NCBI GenBank assembly: GCA_964551885.1
Contig: CAZKEW010000002.1
Coordinates: 1 to 42,929, forward strand
Direction of reading: 5' to 3'
Source: an uncultured Eubacteriales bacterium
Lineage (GTDB): Bacteria; Acidobacteriota; Aminicenantia; Aminicenantales; UBA8522
Length of the DNA stretch: 42,929 nucleotides
Shown: positions 10,916-17,610 of the stretch, piece after piece
Layout of the letters: each line of letters starts with the position of its first letter
Numbering within the stretch: the stretch's first letter is position 1
Program-made: the position numbers and the translations under genes
The notes under the pieces: model-generated
What the model was told of the DNA's origin: nothing
Database searches by the model: none
What the model saw: only the letters and a program-made list of their open reading frames with translations

Positions 10916-10931
10916 TTCTGTCCTTCTTAGA

Positions 10932-11876
10932 CTAAGAATAGTAAAGCTCCCGTATCCAATTCCATTCTTCCTTGAGGCCCTCCCGGAGCAAGGTCCTGGG
11001 AGCGTAGTGGAGGTCTTTCTTGGCCTTTTCTATATCGGCGAAGGTGTGAGGGACATCTCCCTTTTGCTCATCAGCCGATTGAATCTTTACTTTCTTCCGG
11101 CAAATATCCTCAAGAAGGGGGAAGATGTCTTCCAATTTCTCCCGGTGTCCTCCGCCTACATTATAAGTCTCGCCCCGTCTTCCCAGGCGAAAAGCCGCCA
11201 GACAGGCTGCGACGATGTCAGCGATATAAGTAAAATCTCTCGTCTGCTTTCCGTCGCCAAAAACGGTGATGGGCTTGTCTTCGGCGATCGATTTGAAAAA
11301 CTTATGAAAGGCCATGTCCGGCCGCTGGCCCGGCCCGTAAACAGTAAAAAATCGGAGGGAGACCGTGGGAACACTGTAGTTCTTGAAATACAGGAAACAG
11401 AGCTGTTCGGCCGCAAGCTTGGTGACTCCATAAGGGGAGAGGGGATGGAGCAGGTTCATCTCAGACATCGGGAGAGAGGGAGTGAGTCCATAGACGGATG
11501 AGGAAGAGGCATAGATGAATTTCTGGAGGGACCGGGTCTTGGCCGCTTCCAAGAGTTTTTGTGTGGCCAGGATGTTGTTGTGGCTATAGACAGAAAAGCT
11601 TTCTCCCCAGCTTGTCCGCACCCCGGCTTGCGCGGCCAGGTGAAAGATGACCTCTGTTGCCTGGAGCAATGTGTTAAGGTCGAGCTCGAGAATGTCCTGA
11701 GGAAGAAACTCGAAATTTTTGTTCTTGAGGAGCGGAGCGATATTGCGTTCCTTGATCCAGCGGGGATAGAAATCGGTGAAACAATCCACGCCGATGACGT
11801 GATAGCCTTCTTCGAGCAGTCTCCGGCTGAGATGAGAACCGATAAACCCAGCCGCGCCAGTTACCAAGCAATTCAT
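10932..11876 (-). CDS. NAD-dependent epimerase/dehydratase (extended SDR; UDP-sugar epimerase/decarboxylase-like)
   Basis: 314 aa with a Rossmann motif (VTGAAGFIGSHL) and the catalytic YxxxK (PYGVTKLAAE). Its 4-nt overlap with rpe suggests coupling. Confidence 0.85.
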   Translation of the reverse strand: MNCLVTGAAGFIGSHLSRRLLEEGYHVIGVDCFTDFYPRWIKERNIAPLLKNKNFEFLPQDILELDLNTLLQATEVIFHLAAQAGVRTSWGESFSVYSHNNILATQKLLEAAKTRSLQKFIYASSSSVYGLTPSLPMSEMNLLHPLSPYGVTKLAAEQLCFLYFKNYSVPTVSLRFFTVYGPGQRPDMAFHKFFKSIAEDKPITVFGDGKQTRDFTYIADIVAACLAAFRLGRRGETYNVGGGHREKLEDIFPLLEDICRKKVKIQSADEQKGDVPHTFADIEKAKKDLHYAPRTLLREGLKEEWNWIRELYYS

Positions 11877-12541
11877 GGTTGGTTGTATTTATTGATGACC
11901 CCCCTCATCTCAGCGATCACTTGGGGAGGGTTTTCATTGCCGAAAATAGCCGCGCCGGCGACCAAAATTTCCGCGCCATCCTGGATGAGGTCTTCCATGT
12001 TGAGGAGGCTTACTCCTCCGTCCACCTCGATGGGGATGTCCAATTTTTGGCCTTTGATCCAGTTGCGGAGCTGCTTGATTTTCTGGTGAGTGGCCTCGAC
12101 AAATTGCTGGCCCCCAAACCCGGGATTGACCGACATCACCAGGATGTAATCCAGCTCTTTGAGAATGTCGTTAAGAAGATGAATGGGAGTCGCCGGGTTA
12201 AGGGCAAGACCGGCTTTCTTCTTCATCTCTTTGATCAAAGTGATCTCCCGGTGAAGGTGAGAAGAGGCTTCGACATGGATGGAAATCCAGTCGGCGCCGG
12301 CCTCATGGAAGAGGGGGATGAAGAACCCGGGGTTTTCGACCATCAGATGGACGTCAAGGGGCAGGGAGGTAGTCCGCTTGAGGGAGGAGACAACTTGAGG
12401 GCCCAAAGTTAGGTTGGGGACAAAATGGCCGTCCATGATATCGACGTGGATCAGGTCAGCTCCGGCATCCTCTGCCATCTTGACTGCTTCTCCGATCTTG
12501 GAAAAATCCGCCGATAGAATAGAAGGTGCGAGTCGGATCAT
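11873..12541 (-). CDS. rpe: Ribulose-phosphate 3-epimerase
   Basis: 222 aa. APSILSADFSKIGE, HVDIMDGHFVPNLT and MSVNPGFGGQQF are canonical Rpe motifs. Confidence 0.95.
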   Translation of the reverse strand: MIRLAPSILSADFSKIGEAVKMAEDAGADLIHVDIMDGHFVPNLTLGPQVVSSLKRTTSLPLDVHLMVENPGFFIPLFHEAGADWISIHVEASSHLHREITLIKEMKKKAGLALNPATPIHLLNDILKELDYILVMSVNPGFGGQQFVEATHQKIKQLRNWIKGQKLDIPIEVDGGVSLLNMEDLIQDGAEILVAGAAIFGNENPPQVIAEMRGVINKYNQP

Positions 12542-13257
12542 CGGCTCACCTCCAGGGCGATAAGGTTTCTTTTGGCGATTCTATAGCCATTGGGAGGAAA
12601 CTGTTTGATGATGATGCCGGGGTCAAGGCCGGGATAAAAGGAATAGCGAATGTCAGCCACTTGGAAACCCGATCCTTTGAGCTTGGCGATGGTCGGCCCG
12701 GCTTTTTTGCCGATCAGGTCGGGCATGAGGAATTTCGGCTCAAGTTCTCCCTGGCTGACCAAGAGGTTGGTCGGGGTGTTCCTTTTTATTTTTTGAGGAG
12801 AAGGAGAAGGCTCCTGGGCGATGATTCGGCCGGCAGCGTATTGGGAGGTATGAATCTGGGAAACTTTGCCTCTCACGAGCCCGGTCTCGTTGAGGACCTT
12901 GGCGGATGCCTCCAGGCTTCTTCCGACAAGCTTGGGCACTTCGACCATCTCGCTGCCGCTGCTCAGGACCACTTTGACAACCTTGTTGACCCTGATTTTC
13001 GACCCGGCAGAGGGCTCCTGGAGAATAATCTTGCCTCTCTCCCAGCGGTCACTGAATTCCACCCCTTTTTCAAATAAGGACAACTTTCGCTTGGCCAGCT
13101 CGCTCTTGGCTTCAGCCAGCGTCTTCCCCGTGAGGTCGGGGACAGAGACCATTTCCCCTTTTTGGATGATTCGGGAAAAGACGATGGCGCTGAGGAAAAA
13201 GATTATGAAAAAAAGAAGCAGGAGTTGGCCATATTTAAAGATTTTTTTCGCCGGCAT
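12538..13257 (-). CDS. Stand-alone membrane-anchored PASTA-domain protein (three PASTA repeats)
   Basis: 239 aa with an N-terminal TM helix followed by three ~65-aa repeats starting VPDLTGK.., VPKLVGRS.. and MPDLIGKK... No kinase or PBP domain is present. Confidence 0.8.
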   Translation of the reverse strand: MPAKKIFKYGQLLLLFFIIFFLSAIVFSRIIQKGEMVSVPDLTGKTLAEAKSELAKRKLSLFEKGVEFSDRWERGKIILQEPSAGSKIRVNKVVKVVLSSGSEMVEVPKLVGRSLEASAKVLNETGLVRGKVSQIHTSQYAAGRIIAQEPSPSPQKIKRNTPTNLLVSQGELEPKFLMPDLIGKKAGPTIAKLKGSGFQVADIRYSFYPGLDPGIIIKQFPPNGYRIAKRNLIALEVSR

Positions 13258-13355
13258 GCTTCACGCACAATGCTTTTCGATCACTCTTCTCTGTGATTTT
13301 CTCAACTAAGATACCATAGAATATGAACTAAGTAAACAGCAAAAAAGTTACGAAT

Positions 13356-13386
13356 GGGTCTTGTCACGGCGCGTCCCCGTCCGTCC
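13356..13386 (-). repeat. Solo terminal fragment of the MITE-like element
   Basis: GGGTCTTGTCACGGCGCGTCCCCGTCCGTCC matches the GGGTCCTGTCACGG(C/T)GCGTCCCCGTCCG terminus of the elements at 14532..14748 and 32356..32542. The similarity stops after ~31 nt. Confidence 0.6.
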
Positions 13387-13393
13387 CCTTTGT

Positions 13394-13422
13394 TTGCCGC
13401 AGGCCAGCTTTTTATCTATAAT
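13394..13422 (+). promoter_or_regulatory. Candidate ltaE promoter TTGCCG-17-TATAAT
   Basis: The -35 is at 13394..13399 and a perfect -10 at 13417..13422, 38 nt upstream of the ltaE ATG. Confidence 0.45.
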
Positions 13423-13460
13423 GGGAGGAACTTTTTAAGGATGTCTAGGAGAAGTGAAGG

Positions 13461-14492
13461 ATGAGCGAGATTTCCGATTTCCGAAGCGATACTGTAACAA
13501 GACCCACGGAGAAGATGAGAAGGGCGATGGCGGAGGCTGTCGTCGGGGATGATGTCCTTGGAGACGACCCCACCGTTCAAAAGCTCGAAGCCTTGGCCGC
13601 AGAAATTATGGGCAAGGAAGCGGCCCTCTTCGTTCCCTCGGGAACAATGGGGAATTCTGTGGCCGTCAAGGTCTGGACTCGCGAGCTCGATGAGGTGATT
13701 GTCGAGGCGAGGTCGCATATCTACAACATGGAATCGACTCACATGACTTTTATTTCAAGAGTAACACCTCGCCCCCTTCCTTCGAACCGTGGCGTAATGG
13801 ATCCTGCGGAAGTCGAACGGAATATCCGGAAACCCTCTGTCCATATTCCACGGACATCACTCGTCTGTGTGGAAAATACTCACAACAACTGGAGCGGAGC
13901 GGTGGTTCCGATCGAAAACCTAAGGGCTTTGCGGAGAATTGCAGATCAGTATGACGTTAAGCTTCACCTGGACGGAGCGCGCATCTTTAACGCCAGCACG
14001 GCCTCCGGCATACCCGTAAAAGAATATGCCGCTCTTGCCGATTCTTTGATGTTTTGCCTTTCCAAAGGGCTATCGGCTCCTGTGGGATCGATGCTCGTAG
14101 GCCCGCGCAGCTTCATCGACTACGCCAGAAGAGTCCGGAAGGCCTTGGGCGGGGGAATGAGGCAGGTCGGCGTGCTGGCGGCCCCTGGGATTGTCGCTCT
14201 AACGGAAATGGTCGGCCGGCTTCATGAGGACCATGAGAGAGCCAAAAGACTGGCTTCAGCCATAGCGGAGTTACCAGGGATTCAGCTCAATCCCGAGGAA
14301 GTTCAAACCAATATCATTGTCTTTGGGTTTTCCCACCCTAAGTTCTCCGTTGCCGAGTTCCTGGCGGAGCTTCGAAAGAGAAAGATTCTTGCTTTAGCTA
14401 CGACTGGGGGAATCCGCTTCGTCACGCACAAGGACATCGACGATGAGGATGTCGAGCGGGCTATCGCCGCCTTCCAAGAAATTTTGAAGTAA
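13461..14492 (+). CDS. ltaE: Low-specificity L-threonine aldolase (PLP-dependent)
   Basis: 343 aa. The N-terminus DFRSDTVTRPTEKMRRAMAEAVVGDDVLGDDPTV and the motifs GTMGN and LSKGLSAPVGS (PLP lysine context) are typical. Confidence 0.9.
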   Translation: MSEISDFRSDTVTRPTEKMRRAMAEAVVGDDVLGDDPTVQKLEALAAEIMGKEAALFVPSGTMGNSVAVKVWTRELDEVIVEARSHIYNMESTHMTFISRVTPRPLPSNRGVMDPAEVERNIRKPSVHIPRTSLVCVENTHNNWSGAVVPIENLRALRRIADQYDVKLHLDGARIFNASTASGIPVKEYAALADSLMFCLSKGLSAPVGSMLVGPRSFIDYARRVRKALGGGMRQVGVLAAPGIVALTEMVGRLHEDHERAKRLASAIAELPGIQLNPEEVQTNIIVFGFSHPKFSVAEFLAELRKRKILALATTGGIRFVTHKDIDDEDVERAIAAFQEILK

Positions 14493-14531
14493 ACTTCTTA
14501 CCTTTGCTCATTCCGAGCTGCGATTGAAACT

Positions 14532-14748
14532 AAAAAATGGGTGGCACGGCGCGTCCCCGTCCGCCCGCAGCGAATTTCCAGAATAACGGAGACACTCTCA
14601 AAGGCTTTAATTTTATGATATTAATCCCCCCTACCCCCCTTGAGCAATCAAGGGGGGCCATAGGAGCCTGTCGGTGTCTCCGCAATGGTCGGTGGGGGGG
14701 TCTTCAGCGAGGACGGACGGGGACGCGCCGTGACAGGACCCATTTTTT
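14532..14748 (+). mobile_element. MITE-like palindromic element, copy A (core 14539..14741, 203 bp)
   Basis: The terminal inverted repeats are GGGTGGCACGGCGCGTCCCCGTCCG and CGGACGGGGACGCGCCGTGACAGGACCC. The internal pairs are GGAGACAC/GTGTCTCC and a perfect 10-bp hairpin CCCCCCTTGA-GCAA-TCAAGGGGGG. A homologous copy sits in inverse orientation at 32356..32542. No ORF with coding signal is present. Confidence 0.65.
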
Positions 14749-14754
14749 AAAACC

Positions 14755-16773
14755 TTAGCTTTCTAGCGCATCGGCCAACAACTGGGCGATATCTTTTACC
14801 GCAATTTCTGTTTTTTCCCTGTCCTTCAAACCGTCCCTGAGCATGTTCAGGCAAAAAGGACAGGAGGTTGCAGCGACCTTTGCCCCGGAATCGATGACCT
14901 CATCTGTCCGGAGATGATTGATTCGCTGGCCGAGGCTCTCTTCCGTCCACATCAATCCTCCTCCGGCCCCGCAGCAGAAGCTGTGCTCGCGGCTTCGTCC
15001 AAGCTCGGTGAATTTTTCCGGAGAAAGCCGGGCAAGAATTTCCCGCGGCTCTTGGATGATCCCGTTGTGCCGGCCGAGATAGCAGGAGTCATGATAGGTC
15101 AAGTTCGCGGCCAAATTTGCCTTGAGCGGGAGCTTCCCTTCTTTGACCAGGCGGTTGAGGAAGATGACGTGAGGCACGACTTCGATCTTCGCGAGCTCGA
15201 CTCGATCCTTTTCTGAAAGAGAAGGGAGAAGACCAAGCAGCCGGGGGTATTCATTCTTGAAAGTGTTATACCCGTGCGGGCAGAAGGTGATGATTTTTTT
15301 GACGTTATATTGGAGGAAAAGGCCCAGATTTTCTCCGGCCAGCGTTTGAAAAAGATACTCCTGGCCCAGCCGACGGGCTGAATCGCCGCAGCATTTCTCC
15401 TCCGTCCCCAGGATGGCAAAATCGACGCCTGCTTTCTTTAAGAGCGAGACCATGGCCTTGGAGATTTTTATGCCTTCCTCATCAAACGAACCGGCGCATC
15501 CTACCCAAAGGAGGTATTCCGCAGATTTCCGGTCGGCCATCAAAGGCACTTCAAGAGAAGAGGCCCAGTCCGCCCTCTTGGCGAACCCGATTCCCCAGGG
15601 GTTGGCGTTTGTTTCCATATTGCGGAAGAAGGGGTTCAACTCCTGCGGGAATTTACTCTGCATCAAGACTTCGCTCTGCCGGATGCCGATGATCTTGCGG
15701 ATGTGCTCGATCTCCACCGGGCAGACATGCTGGCAGGCTCCGCAAGTCGTGCACGTCCAGATTTCTCCATCGCTATAGACGCCGGGGAGAAGCGAGGTCA
15801 GTTCCTCGCGTTTGCCTTTCAGCAATTTTTGTTTCTCGCCGAGCAGGTGCTTTTTCAGGTTGAAAACAATCATCTTCGGCGAAAGCGGTTTGGAGCTGGT
15901 GAAGGCGGGGCAGGCATCCTGGCAGCGGCCGCATTCCATGCAGGCAAAAGCGTCCATGAAGTCCTTCCAGGTGAGGTCGCTCGCTTTTTCCACGCCAAAG
16001 ATTTCTAATTTTTCTAGATCCAGCGGCTGGATTTCCCCGCTGGATCGCTCCGACCGGAAAAATACGTTCAAAGGCCCGGTGAACATGTGGAGGTACTTGG
16101 AGTAGGGGACATAGGCGATAAACCCAAAGACCAATAGAATATGGAGCCACCAGGAAAAGCGAAGATGGGTGGCGATGGCCTCCGGCCGCAAACCCAGGCT
16201 CTGGATGTTGTTGGCAAGATAGTTTCCCAAGAAGGAAAGGCGGGCGCTCTCGGGATGGCTGGCGATGGCAAAGGCTTCAAAATAGAGATAGCTCAGGGTG
16301 ACCACGATAAGGAAGAAATAGATGAGGCCGGAATCGAGAAGCGTTGTCCGATAAGCCTTTGGCCTGATAATAAACCGGCGGACGATGAAAAAGAGCACTC
16401 CGGCCAGGACAAGAAGGGCAAAGATATCTACGATAAGGGAAAAGAAAAAGCCGAAGTTTGTTTCCCCGAAAAGATAAAATTTATCAATGAACCCTTCCAG
16501 GGTGTGGTTGACCGTCATGGTGTCGAACGTCAGGGCGCCGTAAAATATAAAGACATGCATCAATCCGGTGAAGACCCGCTCATTTTTTAAGGTGCATTTC
16601 TGGAGGAAGACTTTGGCCAGGGTGTCTCCGATTCTTCGGACAACGTCCGCGACACGCATCTCCGGCTTTCCTTTGCGGATAATTCTGTAACGGAGGTAGA
16701 TGGGAAAGGCAAAGGCCAAAAAGGTTGCGAGGATGATGAGAGAAAAAAGAACTTTTTCCCAGGCTGAAAGCAT
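14755..16773 (-). CDS. Membrane-bound Fe-S oxidoreductase: NarI/DsrM-like polytopic N-domain fused to an HdrD/DsrK-like domain (2x[4Fe-4S] + two CCG motifs)
   Basis: 672 aa. The first ~250 aa are about six hydrophobic helices with conserved His. They are followed by CMECGRCQDACP and CTTCGACQHVCP ferredoxin motifs and the CCG-domain signatures KCCGDS and FCCGAGGG. A GGAGGG RBS is present. Confidence 0.8.
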   Translation of the reverse strand: MLSAWEKVLFSLIILATFLAFAFPIYLRYRIIRKGKPEMRVADVVRRIGDTLAKVFLQKCTLKNERVFTGLMHVFIFYGALTFDTMTVNHTLEGFIDKFYLFGETNFGFFFSLIVDIFALLVLAGVLFFIVRRFIIRPKAYRTTLLDSGLIYFFLIVVTLSYLYFEAFAIASHPESARLSFLGNYLANNIQSLGLRPEAIATHLRFSWWLHILLVFGFIAYVPYSKYLHMFTGPLNVFFRSERSSGEIQPLDLEKLEIFGVEKASDLTWKDFMDAFACMECGRCQDACPAFTSSKPLSPKMIVFNLKKHLLGEKQKLLKGKREELTSLLPGVYSDGEIWTCTTCGACQHVCPVEIEHIRKIIGIRQSEVLMQSKFPQELNPFFRNMETNANPWGIGFAKRADWASSLEVPLMADRKSAEYLLWVGCAGSFDEEGIKISKAMVSLLKKAGVDFAILGTEEKCCGDSARRLGQEYLFQTLAGENLGLFLQYNVKKIITFCPHGYNTFKNEYPRLLGLLPSLSEKDRVELAKIEVVPHVIFLNRLVKEGKLPLKANLAANLTYHDSCYLGRHNGIIQEPREILARLSPEKFTELGRSREHSFCCGAGGGLMWTEESLGQRINHLRTDEVIDSGAKVAATSCPFCLNMLRDGLKDREKTEIAVKDIAQLLADALES

Positions 16774-16785
16774 GTGCCCTCCTTC

Positions 16786-17610
16786 TTAAAAGGGAATGGC
16801 AATCCCCCAGACCAATTTATGGAATGATTGCTTTTTGCCCAGGGGGCTTATTTCCATATCCTTCCAAATGCTCGCGCTCACGGCAAGCTCGAACCATTCC
16901 GCCAGACGGAAGCGGAAGATCAGGTCGGCAAGCCACATCTGTCCTTTATAAAACAGAGTATCCGACTGCGCGATCAACTGGAAACTGAGACCGACATATT
17001 CACCGAATAGAGCGCCGACGCGCACTCCGTATTCCTGCTTGAGCTTGCTCCCGGAGAGGTCGAGATAGGCTCTCTGGTTAGTGTGATGGAAAAAATAGGT
17101 GAAAGGCTCGACGAGGAAATTCTTGCCGCCAAAAGGCAGGCCGAAGCCGATGTAATTTCGGTTCGTGTAGTAAGGCTTTCCGTTGATATAGCTCGTATGT
17201 TCAGAGTCGTGGTCGGAGTCATGGCCGATGATCAGGGTAAAATTTTTGCTGATGTCCTGGTGCAGGGAGAAATGCCAGTCGAATTTCGTCCTCCTGTCAC
17301 CGTCATCATGGGTAATGAGCTGGGCGTTGAATGAAGTCGTCTGGGTCAGAAAGACGGTGTTGCGAAACCCAAAGGTCCAGCGGTCTTCCCCGCCAGTGAG
17401 GTCGTTATAGCTGGGAAAGGTGGAAGGCGCCTGGAGCTGGCCGAAGAACTCTCCGTGCACAAAAATCTTTTTTCCCGCTGAGAGCGGATGTTTCTGTTCA
17501 TAACGGCGATAGATGAAAATCTCGTAGCCCGGAAGCTCCGGCGGCAGAAACAAGGCAATCAGCCCAAAGATTAGTATTCCTATCGATTTAATATAATATT
17601 TAGAATTCAT
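16786..17610 (-). CDS. Small outer-membrane beta-barrel protein, His/Asp-rich loops, function unknown
   Basis: 274 aa counted from the internal ATG at 17610 (MNSKYYIKSIGILIFGLIAL...), which overlaps the upstream stop by 11 nt (ATGAATTCTAA). It has an alternating strand pattern, the loops THDDGDRR, GHDSDHDSEHTS and FFHHTN, and the C-terminus ...GIAIPF. Confidence 0.6.
   Translation of the reverse strand: MNSKYYIKSIGILIFGLIALFLPPELPGYEIFIYRRYEQKHPLSAGKKIFVHGEFFGQLQAPSTFPSYNDLTGGEDRWTFGFRNTVFLTQTTSFNAQLITHDDGDRRTKFDWHFSLHQDISKNFTLIIGHDSDHDSEHTSYINGKPYYTNRNYIGFGLPFGGKNFLVEPFTYFFHHTNQRAYLDLSGSKLKQEYGVRVGALFGEYVGLSFQLIAQSDTLFYKGQMWLADLIFRFRLAEWFELAVSASIWKDMEISPLGKKQSFHKLVWGIAIPF

Noticed and set aside
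14537-14758. A 73-aa ORF across MITE copy A shares a conserved peptide (GDT[LI]K[GD]F[ND]F..LIPPTPLEQSRGA) with the ORF that crosses copy B on the opposite strand (31945..32691). At first this looked like a small conserved protein.
   Set aside because: In the aligned 72-nt block, five of the six nucleotide differences between the copies are non-synonymous (first or second codon positions). There is no RBS, and the DNA is a long palindrome. The shared peptide is a by-product of repeat similarity, not a sign of coding selection.
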